From a virus (Duplodnaviria; Heunggongvirae; Uroviricota; Caudoviricetes), in IMG/VR virus record IMGVR_UViG_2909739949_000002, positions 82,529 through 146,528 of that record: a DNA stretch of 64,000 nt; one strand, 5' to 3'. Numbering within the stretch: position 1 is the first letter of the stretch; every line of letters begins with the position of its first letter. A model generated the notes under the pieces. That model ran no database searches. It was not told where the DNA came from and saw nothing but the letters and a program-made list of their open reading frames with translations. Below, one piece after another: positions 18,119 to 27,139 of this stretch. The position numbers and the translations under genes are program-made.

Positions 18119-18509
18119 AGGATTTACTTATCTAAAAGCTCTTGAGAATGGATGGTTCCAGTCTTATAAATGCCCAATCAAGATTCATCTACTAGAAAAT
18201 TATCTTTTAAAGACTTGTGATAGAGATAAATTAACTAAAGCTATAAGTTATAGTCTTACCTGGACAGGCCCTAATAGGCATAATAGGGAATGGGATATAT
18301 TTCATAATGCTTATAGAGGTGATACTACTAACTTAGCTGTTTATTCTCTAAAAGAAGAAGTAAATTCAATAGATGATTTAATAGTAATAGACTATTCAAT
18401 ACTAATGAGAGAAGGAAAAGAGTTAGATGAATTTAAAGCTAATAATAGTTCTTTCATAGAGGAACTATTAGGGAAATTAAAGCGAATATGGAACAGAAAA
18501 GAGATGTAA
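18102..18509 (+). CDS. hypothetical protein
   Basis: ORF track. Confidence 0.6.
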   Translation: MSKRNKGFTYLKALENGWFQSYKCPIKIHLLENYLLKTCDRDKLTKAISYSLTWTGPNRHNREWDIFHNAYRGDTTNLAVYSLKEEVNSIDDLIVIDYSILMREGKELDEFKANNSSFIEELLGKLKRIWNRKEM

Positions 18510-18721
18510 TTAGAACTATAACTAATACCTATAGAGAACCTATTACTATATATTCAGATTACTTTCAAATAAATAAAGCAAAATTGTTCCCAGATGAAAC
18601 TGTTATATTACCCCTATCAATTCCAGAGGAATATTCTTTATATGAGTTTGAGATTATAGAGGATAGAAGAGTAGTAGGTGTATATATAGGCTTAGTATTA
18701 AGGGAATTTCTAGAGACCTAA
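18488..18721 (+). CDS. hypothetical protein
   Basis: ORF track. Confidence 0.55.
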   Translation: MEQKRDVIRTITNTYREPITIYSDYFQINKAKLFPDETVILPLSIPEEYSLYEFEIIEDRRVVGVYIGLVLREFLET

Positions 18722-19132
18722 TATTACTAATTGAATATTAGTATCTATAGACCCTTTGTTTTGGATAGTTAAATTAAAAGGGGGAGTTTTACTTACTATA
18801 GTATTAACAGATCCATTATCCAGGAATATTATTTTAGATGTTATATCTAAAGAGTTTGTTCCTATAGTATTAGCGGGCATTTGACATCTAATTAATTCAG
18901 TACTTTTGATAAAGAGATTTCTTACATAGTTTATACCTATAGATAAGAGATCAATATTAGTAGTAGCCGATGGAATTAGATTGAAAGTAGATTTATGTAA
19001 TTTACTATTAGGGATAGTAAGAAATAGGGTCTTCTCTATAAAAGATACTTCATCTTCTAGGGTTGAGTTAGAAGATGGAGATCTAGAATACTTAACAGAC
19101 AAACCTAAAGAATAGGATAAGGAAAGATCCAT
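18710..19132 (-). CDS. isolated minus-strand hypothetical protein
   Basis: 140-aa ORF with no competing plus-strand gene in the interval. Confidence 0.6.
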   Translation of the reverse strand: MDLSLSYSLGLSVKYSRSPSSNSTLEDEVSFIEKTLFLTIPNSKLHKSTFNLIPSATTNIDLLSIGINYVRNLFIKSTELIRCQMPANTIGTNSLDITSKIIFLDNGSVNTIVSKTPPFNLTIQNKGSIDTNIQLVILGL

Positions 19133-19177
19133 AGTTAATAATTAATAATGGTTTAAGTAAGTATATGAAAGGAGAGA

Positions 19178-19753
19178 GTGATAACTGTGAGTGAATTATT
19201 TATTCACTGTCCTATAGCTTATAGAGAGAATTGTGCATTGTATGAAATATCTTGTAGTAAATGTGGAGCTAATAATGAAAGTCATCCATTTAGATATTCA
19301 CCTATATCAACAAAGGAGGAATTAAGTTATAGAAAGCATCCATATTATTTAAAAGTCACTAAAGAAAGTAGAGAGAGATTGAGAGAAGAAAGAAGGCAAT
19401 TAATTTCTAGTAGTGAACATAAGAGAGGAGTAAAGAGTAATAGAGAAGGTAGAAAGATAGAGAATAGAATAATAGAGAAGATAGGAGCTAGATCAACATT
19501 AGCTAGTGGAGCTAGATACGAGAAAGGGGATGGGGTAATTAGGATAGGTGATAGGGAATATAGAATAGAACATAAGAGTAGATTAAATGGTAAGAATATA
19601 TTAGGCCCAAAGAAAGAAGAGTGGGAGAAAGGTAGATGGCAGAGAATAGATATATTTATTACTACTGATGCAGTTACTAATAAGAGTATAGTAACTATGG
19701 ATCTAAATATATTTAATGAAATATTAGGGATAGAAGAATCTAATGCCGCCTAA
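19178..19753 (+). CDS. PD-(D/E)xK nuclease, Hjc-like resolvase candidate with N-terminal Cys cluster
   Basis: EGRKIENRI...SGA..EKGDG...IEHKS; CP...C...CSKC. Confidence 0.55.
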   Translation: MITVSELFIHCPIAYRENCALYEISCSKCGANNESHPFRYSPISTKEELSYRKHPYYLKVTKESRERLREERRQLISSSEHKRGVKSNREGRKIENRIIEKIGARSTLASGARYEKGDGVIRIGDREYRIEHKSRLNGKNILGPKKEEWEKGRWQRIDIFITTDAVTNKSIVTMDLNIFNEILGIEESNAA

Positions 19754-20822
19754 GAAACAATCTACTGAAGATATCAGCCAAGAAGAAAATCTATCTAATG
19801 AAGATAAATTGAAACTGTTAGATAGTATCTTAACTAAGAAATATGGTGATAGTTATTATGGTAAGAAAAGAAAGATAGAGGATATTAAATTTATATCTAC
19901 AGGATGTTTATCTCTTGATGAAGTCTTAGGAAAAGGTGTTGCTGAAAGTAGATTAATAGAATTATATGGGCCGGAATCATCTGCTAAGTCTACTATTGCA
20001 CAAACTATAGTTGCTTCTTTCCAAAGACAAGGAAAAATATGTGCTTATATAGATGCAGAGTTCGCTTTAGATACTAAATATGCTGCCATGTTGGGAGTAG
20101 ATATAGATAGTTTAATTATTATCCAAGGTAAGAATGCTGAGGAAAATTTAGAAGCCCTTAGAACATTAACTAGCTGTGGATATGTATCTTTTGTAGTAGT
20201 AGATTCAGTAGCTAGTCTAGTTCCTAAAGTTATTATGGAGAAGGGTGTAGATGAATCTACTATGGCATTATTAGCTAGATATATGTCGGCAGTAACACCG
20301 CAAGTAGTTAGTTATTGTGGTAAGAGTAAATGCTCAGTGTTATACATTAATCAATTACGTGCCTCAATGAATATGTATGGGCCTAGTACTAGTACTAGTG
20401 GAGGTAATAGTTTAAAATACTATGCTTCTACTAGATTAGAAACTAAGAGAGGGAAACCTATTAAGAAAGATGGTAAAGATGTAGGTATTACAGTTGAGTT
20501 AAAAGCGGCTAAGAATAAATGTTCTAGACCGTTTATTAGTAGAGAGTTGACTATTCTATTTCCATATAAGAATAGTGATGGTGAATGGGTAGCTGGAATA
20601 GATTGGTTTAGTGACTTAGTAGATACAGCTATAGATAGAGATATTATTATTAAGACGGGCAGTTACTTCCAGTACGGCTCACTTAGAACTCAAGGTCTAG
20701 AAACATTTAAAGAAGCTTTATCTAAGGAGCCTACTTTAATAGAGAGTATTAGAACTAAGTTGTATGATGAAGAATACATAGAAGAATATGACGGAACAGA
20801 AGAAGAGATCCAGGCGGCCTAG
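19743..20822 (+). CDS. recA: RecA-like recombinase
   Basis: ISTGCLSLD, YGPESSAKST, IDAEFALD, VVVDSVASL, INQLR, GGNSLKYYASTRL, KNK. Confidence 0.93.
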   Translation: MPPKKQSTEDISQEENLSNEDKLKLLDSILTKKYGDSYYGKKRKIEDIKFISTGCLSLDEVLGKGVAESRLIELYGPESSAKSTIAQTIVASFQRQGKICAYIDAEFALDTKYAAMLGVDIDSLIIIQGKNAEENLEALRTLTSCGYVSFVVVDSVASLVPKVIMEKGVDESTMALLARYMSAVTPQVVSYCGKSKCSVLYINQLRASMNMYGPSTSTSGGNSLKYYASTRLETKRGKPIKKDGKDVGITVELKAAKNKCSRPFISRELTILFPYKNSDGEWVAGIDWFSDLVDTAIDRDIIIKTGSYFQYGSLRTQGLETFKEALSKEPTLIESIRTKLYDEEYIEEYDGTEEEIQAA

Positions 20823-21243
20823 AAGTTCTAGTTATGAATCAATGTCAGTAGGAGAGTTACTAAAGAAAAGAGAAGAAGCATTAGACATAATTAGGAATAT
20901 AGATAATGTACTAATAAAAGTAAATCAAGCTATTAATCCTGGTGTATATGCTTCTAATCCTATTACTAGTAATAGATTATCATCTAACGATTATGGAAGA
21001 GTACAAGAACTTACTAGTGGCAATAAACTATATCCTATCAGTGATAAATATTTAGAAAGTACTTCCCTTAATGAGAAAGGTGCTGTAGAATTAGATGCGA
21101 TAGTTTCTATTCTTCCGCCTGAACATAACGAATTAAGTATTGAGTCAGAAGGATATATAGGAGTTTCAGAAGGTGGAATTCCTATTAATCAAGGAGAGAT
21201 AGAAAGGGAAAACTTATTAAAAGAGATTGGTAAATATTTCTAA
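20788..21243 (+). CDS. hypothetical protein
   Basis: ORF track. Confidence 0.55.
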   Translation: MTEQKKRSRRPRSSSYESMSVGELLKKREEALDIIRNIDNVLIKVNQAINPGVYASNPITSNRLSSNDYGRVQELTSGNKLYPISDKYLESTSLNEKGAVELDAIVSILPPEHNELSIESEGYIGVSEGGIPINQGEIERENLLKEIGKYF

Positions 21244-21461
21244 TGGAAAGACAAGAACAAAGTATAAAGAAAGGAGATCTATTATTGTTTAATAGGAATG
21301 GCACTATTAGAACAGGTATAGTTCAGACTAAAGGTAGATCAAGAATCAGTATTAATGTAGCTCAAATGAAAACTAATACTCAGATTCCAGTAGATAGTGA
21401 ACTAGTTCCAGTAACGATTTATGTTACTAAAGAAGTATTAAATATGCTAGAAGTAGCATAG
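21243..21461 (+). CDS. small hypothetical protein (SH3/KOW-like pattern)
   Basis: IKKGDLLLF...GIV; TAATG coupling. Confidence 0.55.
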   Translation: MERQEQSIKKGDLLLFNRNGTIRTGIVQTKGRSRISINVAQMKTNTQIPVDSELVPVTIYVTKEVLNMLEVA

Positions 21462-21485
21462 ATACTAAATGAATTAATTACTACT

Positions 21486-21508
21486 TAGGCGGCTAATTTA
21501 GCCGCCTA
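21486..21508. repeat. GGCGGC-N7-GCCGCC hairpin, copy 5
   Basis: TAGGCGGCTA ATT TAGCCGCCTA followed by TTTT. Confidence 0.85.
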
Positions 21509-21545
21509 TTTTATTGAAAACTTTAGCTAATAGAGCTACTAATAA

Positions 21546-21911
21546 ATGAATAACTTATTATTTGATAACTGGTTAGAATTCTTAAGAAGTAAAAGATATA
21601 AACAAATAAGGAATCAATTAGGTAAGCCTAATAAAAAGTCATATTGTTGTCTAGGAGTGGCTTGTTTAGTTTGTATCCAACAAGGAATAATTACAGAAGA
21701 GGAAGTAATATGGAATAATTCATTTCCCCCTACTAATATAAGAAGTTATTTCGGATTAGATAGTGATGCTATTTTATGGGGAACAGATAAACCTAAATAT
21801 AGCAATAAGGTAATGCTAGTTTTAAGCGAAATGAATGATAGTGGGAAATTTAAGTTCTCAGATATTGCTGATTGGTTAGAGAAGCATAGAGAAATATATT
21901 TGAGTAGTTAA
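21546..21911 (+). CDS. phage hypothetical protein (W..FLRS..Y.Q...L...YCCLGV type)
   Basis: YCCLGVAC motif; F.DIADW C-terminus. Confidence 0.65.
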   Translation: MNNLLFDNWLEFLRSKRYKQIRNQLGKPNKKSYCCLGVACLVCIQQGIITEEEVIWNNSFPPTNIRSYFGLDSDAILWGTDKPKYSNKVMLVLSEMNDSGKFKFSDIADWLEKHREIYLSS

Positions 21912-21912
21912 T

Positions 21913-22524
21913 ATGGGAAAACATAAGAAAGGTAGATGGAGTAGAGATTCTTCTGATTATGAATATGATGAGTGGGCAAAGAAAGGAACCTGGATTAGCT
22001 GTAATTATAATGAAAAAGGAGAGAGAATATCATTTGAAGAATACGATGATGATAATGAAGAATCAAATAGAGAAAAGTCAAGTAGTTTCTTAAAAGTTCT
22101 TTTAGGCACCTTTAATATATTTAGAGTATTCAGTCCAGCTAAATCTAGCAAAGGAGAGATTACTTATTCTTATAGTACTGCTGGAGATGATGGAGATTCT
22201 TGTATGGAATATTTAGATGTTCCTTTAAGCAATAATCCATCAGAAGAAGAGATAGAGCAGTCTAAAAGAGATAAGAGATTTAAAGAGAGATGGAGTCTAT
22301 GGCATCTAATGACTTTTAGAAGTAAGCATGAAATAGTAGCTGATAATATGGACTACTATGATTTATTAGCAGATGAAAAAGAATTAGAAGAAACCTCTGA
22401 TATATCTTACTTAGTAGATAAGATTATCTCAGATGAAAAATTAACCCAAGAAGAGTTAGATAAAGTTAATCCTTTTTATGAAGAAGAAGGATTATACAAT
22501 GATGACTATTTATATGAAGATTAA
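21913..22524 (+). CDS. family A paralog 2 (acidic, divergent)
   Basis: MGKHKKGRW, EYDE, SCNYNE, YSYSTAGDD. Confidence 0.7.
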   Translation: MGKHKKGRWSRDSSDYEYDEWAKKGTWISCNYNEKGERISFEEYDDDNEESNREKSSSFLKVLLGTFNIFRVFSPAKSSKGEITYSYSTAGDDGDSCMEYLDVPLSNNPSEEEIEQSKRDKRFKERWSLWHLMTFRSKHEIVADNMDYYDLLADEKELEETSDISYLVDKIISDEKLTQEELDKVNPFYEEEGLYNDDYLYED

Positions 22525-22530
22525 ATAGTT

Positions 22531-22551
22531 AATCTAGCCGCCTATTTTATT
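22531..22551. repeat. right half-copy of the GGCGGC-N7-GCCGCC hairpin
   Basis: AATCTAGCCGCCTATTTTATT; left arm absent; 17 bp identical to 21499-21515. Confidence 0.75.
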
Positions 22552-22571
22552 AACTATGTAAGGAGAAAAGT

Positions 22572-23669
22572 ATGACTTTAAATGCAGATGCTATTACTAT
22601 CAGACAAGCTAAGAAGTGTATAGATACAATGTATAAGATTAAGAGTCCTCTTATGCTTATGGGATCTCCTGGTATTGGAAAGAGCCAGATAGTAGCCCAG
22701 TATGCTAAGGATAATGATCTAGAGTTAGTAGATGTGCGATTACCTCAATTAAGTCCAGAAGATTTAAGAGGTTTCTTTATTCCAGACCATGAGAATAAGT
22801 TAGCAGTATGTTATCCTCCTTCATTTCTTCCTAGAAAGAAGAATAGTAAAGGAATATTATTCTTTGATGAATTAAATAGAGGAGATATAAGAGTACAGAA
22901 TGCCGCATTACAACTCATTCTAGATAGATGTCTAGGTGACACCTATACACTACCAGAAGAATGGAGTATTGTAGCTGCTAGTAATTGGGATGATGCTGGT
23001 ACAGATATGATGAGTGCCGCATTAGCTGATAGATTTACCCATCTAAATGTTATCTGTAGTTCTGAAGAATGGATAGAAGATTATGCTGTTCCTTATGGAA
23101 TACATCCTTCAATAATTAGTTTTATAAAGAGGCACCCTCAACTAATTAATAGTAGTGATCTAAAAGGAACTAATAAATCTAATAGTGATAATTTAATAGT
23201 TCCAAGTCCTCGTTCTTATTCAGTATGTTCTGATATTTTAAAGAACGAAAAAGATATGACTGTGATTGAATATCTTATTAGGGGAAGGGTAGGTAATATA
23301 GTTACTGCTGAATTGATGAAAGTTATTCTAGAAGCTAACTTATTGCCTGATATAGAAGACCTATTTCTTTTAGCAGATGGACACAAAACTAAACTAACTG
23401 AAAAGCTAAAGGATATTAACAGTATCACAGCACTTTATACCCTAGCTTATGGAGTAGTAGGTTTCTCTTCTAAAGAAGAACATTATAAACTAGCAACTAT
23501 TATCTTTACTGTTCTTAATCAGATTAAAACTGATACTAAGACTAGTAGAAAAGAAGTTAGCAAGTTAGGTATGAATCTTCTTTTAGAAAGAATGGTAGAT
23601 AATCATCCTACATATGCAGATAGGTTTGTTAGTAGTGAAGAGTATGAAGAATTTGAAAGAGTTAGCTGA
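22572..23669 (+). CDS. MoxR-like AAA+ ATPase
   Basis: GSPGIGKS, LFFDELNR, VAASN, ALADRF, PSPRS. Confidence 0.88.
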   Translation: MTLNADAITIRQAKKCIDTMYKIKSPLMLMGSPGIGKSQIVAQYAKDNDLELVDVRLPQLSPEDLRGFFIPDHENKLAVCYPPSFLPRKKNSKGILFFDELNRGDIRVQNAALQLILDRCLGDTYTLPEEWSIVAASNWDDAGTDMMSAALADRFTHLNVICSSEEWIEDYAVPYGIHPSIISFIKRHPQLINSSDLKGTNKSNSDNLIVPSPRSYSVCSDILKNEKDMTVIEYLIRGRVGNIVTAELMKVILEANLLPDIEDLFLLADGHKTKLTEKLKDINSITALYTLAYGVVGFSSKEEHYKLATIIFTVLNQIKTDTKTSRKEVSKLGMNLLLERMVDNHPTYADRFVSSEEYEEFERVS

Positions 23670-24873
23670 TGTAAATAAAGAGAAAGTAGTAGAAGAGGCA
23701 GTCATTAAACTAATTACTAGATATTCTGATTTAAGTTCCATTATCTTATGGACTCCTAGAATACTAGTAGATAAGAATATGGTTGCTTCTACTGATGGAA
23801 AGGTCATCTTTATAGGAGATGACTTTTTCTTTTATGAAGCAGATAAAGAGCAGCCTGCTATTATTCTTCATGAAGCACTACATATAGCACTTAATCATAT
23901 TCCTAGGTTTAATAGATTAGTTAATGGGAATATGAAGATATTTAATATTGCTGGGGACTGTATCATTAATGGAATTATAGAAGGCATGGGTTCTATATGT
24001 CTTCCTAAAGATGCACTCACTTTAGATAAAGTTATTAAGGAGTATGGAGTTAGTAAAGATATATCTGATTGGAGTACAGATAGTTTATATAACTATTTAA
24101 TTAACCAATCAGAAGCAAATAAAGAAAAGTTAGAAGAGTTAATGGGAGAGGGAGACTTAGAAGATTCAGAAGGATTAGATAGATATTCTCTAGATGAAAT
24201 AGATCCTTCTATTAAAGACTTCATAGAATCTAGTGATACTACTAGAGAGTTAATATGGCAAGGGAAGATGGCGGGCATATCTTCTACTAATCCTATATTT
24301 AGAAAGATTAGAGAAAACTATGTAGTCCATACTAAATGGGAACCTATCTTAAGAAGATTCCTCTTAAGTCAGTTTACTGATAGAAGGATAGATGATTACC
24401 TGCGCCCTAGTAAAAGAATGATAGCTCTAGAAGGATATAGTCCTATTATTACTCCTAATAATATTAGAGAACCTAATAATAAAAGATTAGGAATAGTAAT
24501 AGATACTTCTGGTTCTATTGATGAAGGAATACTTACTAGATTCTCTCATGAAGTAGATGCTATTCAGAAGCAATGTAGGGTTGATATTAAGTTAGTGTAT
24601 GCAGATGATAGAGTATGTGCTTCTTATGATGTTCCTTATAAGAATGGCTTACTAACAAAGTTAATAGCTAGTAATAAGATAGAACCTAAAGGAGGAGGAG
24701 GTACTGATTTTGTACCCGCTATTAAGTATCTTCTAGGAGAAAAGATAGATGTAATAGTTTATATGACTGATATGGAAGGATACTTTGGGGATTTTAATTT
24801 AAAGAAGGTAGTATGGGCGGCTACTAATGACAGTATTAAAGCCCCATACGGTAGGACTATCTATATATGGTAA
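23614..24873 (+). CDS. HExxH metallopeptidase-like + vWA-like protein (DUF2201 type); start may be 23644
   Basis: ASTDG, ILHEALH, NIAGD, IDTSGS, GGGGTDF, MTD. Confidence 0.85.
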   Translation: MQIGLLVVKSMKNLKELADVNKEKVVEEAVIKLITRYSDLSSIILWTPRILVDKNMVASTDGKVIFIGDDFFFYEADKEQPAIILHEALHIALNHIPRFNRLVNGNMKIFNIAGDCIINGIIEGMGSICLPKDALTLDKVIKEYGVSKDISDWSTDSLYNYLINQSEANKEKLEELMGEGDLEDSEGLDRYSLDEIDPSIKDFIESSDTTRELIWQGKMAGISSTNPIFRKIRENYVVHTKWEPILRRFLLSQFTDRRIDDYLRPSKRMIALEGYSPIITPNNIREPNNKRLGIVIDTSGSIDEGILTRFSHEVDAIQKQCRVDIKLVYADDRVCASYDVPYKNGLLTKLIASNKIEPKGGGGTDFVPAIKYLLGEKIDVIVYMTDMEGYFGDFNLKKVVWAATNDSIKAPYGRTIYIW

Positions 24874-25286
24874 TGGAAAAACAAATAGTTAAATCATTAG
24901 AAGAGTTAGCTAAATTAATCTGCTACTCTAATCTTAAATTCTTTAGTACTTCTAATAAGAATTTAGAGAATGATGTGATTGTCGTAAAGTATCAGATGGA
25001 TTATGAGAAAGAAATCTATCTTGTTAATAAAGATGGAATTATTCTTAATTATGAAGGCACTCAAGAGTTACTTAGGATTCTCATGGAACATTTCAACATA
25101 CCAGTAATTAAGATAAGAACCAACTTTCATAAATTAGGATTCCATTCTTATGACCTTACTGAATATATATATCTAACAAGACCTGCTATGTTAGAGAGTA
25201 TGAAAGTTAGGAAAGAATTAAAAAATTTACTTGAAGAAGTAGGTTTAGAAAAACATGAGATTGATAGATTATGTAAATCTGAATGA
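24867..25286 (+). CDS. hypothetical protein, tandem paralog of 25255-25821
   Basis: LICYSNLKFFS, EHFNIP, RKELKNLL. Confidence 0.65.
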   Translation: MVMEKQIVKSLEELAKLICYSNLKFFSTSNKNLENDVIVVKYQMDYEKEIYLVNKDGIILNYEGTQELLRILMEHFNIPVIKIRTNFHKLGFHSYDLTEYIYLTRPAMLESMKVRKELKNLLEEVGLEKHEIDRLCKSE

Positions 25287-25821
25287 GAATATTAGGTTTA
25301 GAGATTTAAAGGAACTAAATAGAATTAAGGAAGAGGGTGGTAATGCTATGGTCTTTGAGGATATTCAAAGATCATATGGAGTAATAATTAATCTTGTTTG
25401 TCAGGCAGATCTAAACTTCTTTAGTAAATGGGGAGTAAGTAAAGATACTGCAATAGTTAAGTTGTGTATTAATCAAAGAGATGAGTTTGTTCTACTTGAA
25501 CAAGTTGGACGAGGTTCTTATCCCATCTCTAGAATAAAAGGGGAATGTATTAATCTCTTAAGAGAGCACTATGATATCCCTTTAGTTAGATTAAGTAGAT
25601 CGCCTGAAGTAGCCCATAACTCTTGGCGGCAGTTTACAGATCCTAGAATAGAACTATGGGAATTAACAATACAGATTCAGTTGAGTAGAAAGAGTATGCA
25701 AGAGATGGTTAAGATGAGAAAGGAATTAAAGGATTTATTAAATAGAGTAAATTTAAAAGGCTACTCTATAGAAGAGCTAATGAGAATAGAAGAATGCAAT
25801 TCATTGAAACCAAAGAAATAG
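25255..25821 (+). CDS. hypothetical protein, tandem paralog of 24867-25286
   Basis: LVCQADLNFFS, EHYDIP, RKELKDLL. Confidence 0.65.
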   Translation: MRLIDYVNLNENIRFRDLKELNRIKEEGGNAMVFEDIQRSYGVIINLVCQADLNFFSKWGVSKDTAIVKLCINQRDEFVLLEQVGRGSYPISRIKGECINLLREHYDIPLVRLSRSPEVAHNSWRQFTDPRIELWELTIQIQLSRKSMQEMVKMRKELKDLLNRVNLKGYSIEELMRIEECNSLKPKK

Positions 25822-27137
25822 ACTTCTATTATCTAACTCATAAAGAAGATGTAGAGTATTTAGTTAATAAGCTATCTACTCTACATCTAATAGGACTAGA
25901 TACTGAAGTATATCCACTAACTAAGAAGTATGGTAAGAGAGCATCTGCTTTAGATCCTCATACTTCTAGAGTTAGATTGATACAGATTAATTGGATAGGT
26001 AACAAGACTCCTTATATAGTAGATGTACTTCTAATAGGAGAAGAGAACTTAGGTCTCCTTATAGATCAACTCATGAGAGAAGATCTGACTAAGAATATAT
26101 TCAATAGTAAGTATGATTTAAAGGCTATTAAAAGTACATTTGATGTATGGATGCCTAGTACTTATTGTACTTTAGTTCTAATGCAGAGATTAGGTGTTTG
26201 TACTGGATTCAAATCTAGTAAGATGAGGGGTAATTCTTATAAGGCTTTATGTAGAGATTACTTTGGTATTCATCTATCTAAGATAGAAGCTACTTCAGAT
26301 TGGTCTAATCCTAATCTAAGTAGAGAACAGCTTATCTATGCAGCATTAGATGTAGGTGCGCCTAAGGATAGTAATCATTACTCTCTTCTATTAGAAGGAC
26401 ATGGGTTATTAGATCTAACACTTAGACAACCATATCCAGAAGGCTATGATTGCGGTCAGGTAATAGATCTTAATCAAGAGGTTAACTATCACCTAGCTAG
26501 AGTTGAGTATAGGGGTATGCCTGTTAATAGAATTCTATTAGAGAAATTAAAAGTATCTAATGAGAAAGAATTACAGGAAAGAAAACTAAGATTATGTAAA
26601 GATTTAGGTTTACCAGTACTTCAGAAGTTAAAGAAGACCAAAGATGGAATGATTCCTGAGGTTTATGTAACAGAGAAAGTTAGTAAAGTTCTTAATTCTC
26701 CTAAGAAGTTAGTTGAGTTATTAAAAGATAAGTTAAGTAAGTTAGGTATAGTACTAGATAATTTACAAGGTGAGACATTAATTAAAGCGCTTAGTAAATT
26801 AAAAGAAGATAAGGATAATAGTGATGAGGTAGATGAAGAAGGCGACCTAGAAGAAGAGATATGGATTAATGAACTAGAGTTTGGTATTGATCTAATAGAT
26901 AACCTACTTGCCTATAAGAAATTAATTAAGGCATTAGGTACTGATTATCTAGAGTTAATTAATCCTGTTACTAGTTGTGTACATTCCCATTTCAATACTA
27001 CTGGTACTAGTACAGATAGAATGAGTAGTGGCGGCAAGGAATCATTTAACTGTCAACAGATATCTCAGAAGAAGCATAAGATTAAAGCTCTTCCTATAGA
27101 AGAATTTATTTATAGTGATTCTATTATCTATTACTAA
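25794..27137 (+). CDS. polA: family A DNA polymerase, N-terminal part (3'-5' exonuclease, thumb, start of palm)
   Basis: ExoI GLDTEVY, ExoII FNSKYDL, ExoIII YAALDV; LNSPKKL; HSHFNTTGTSTDRMSS..NCQQI. Confidence 0.88.
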   Translation: MQFIETKEIDFYYLTHKEDVEYLVNKLSTLHLIGLDTEVYPLTKKYGKRASALDPHTSRVRLIQINWIGNKTPYIVDVLLIGEENLGLLIDQLMREDLTKNIFNSKYDLKAIKSTFDVWMPSTYCTLVLMQRLGVCTGFKSSKMRGNSYKALCRDYFGIHLSKIEATSDWSNPNLSREQLIYAALDVGAPKDSNHYSLLLEGHGLLDLTLRQPYPEGYDCGQVIDLNQEVNYHLARVEYRGMPVNRILLEKLKVSNEKELQERKLRLCKDLGLPVLQKLKKTKDGMIPEVYVTEKVSKVLNSPKKLVELLKDKLSKLGIVLDNLQGETLIKALSKLKEDKDNSDEVDEEGDLEEEIWINELEFGIDLIDNLLAYKKLIKALGTDYLELINPVTSCVHSHFNTTGTSTDRMSSGGKESFNCQQISQKKHKIKALPIEEFIYSDSIIYY

Positions 27138-27139
27138 CT

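Noticed and set aside
10107-22551. CRISPR array interpretation of the GGCGGC repeats
   Set aside because: Copies are 1-5 kb apart and separated by genes, not 30-40-nt spacers; no cas operon in the window
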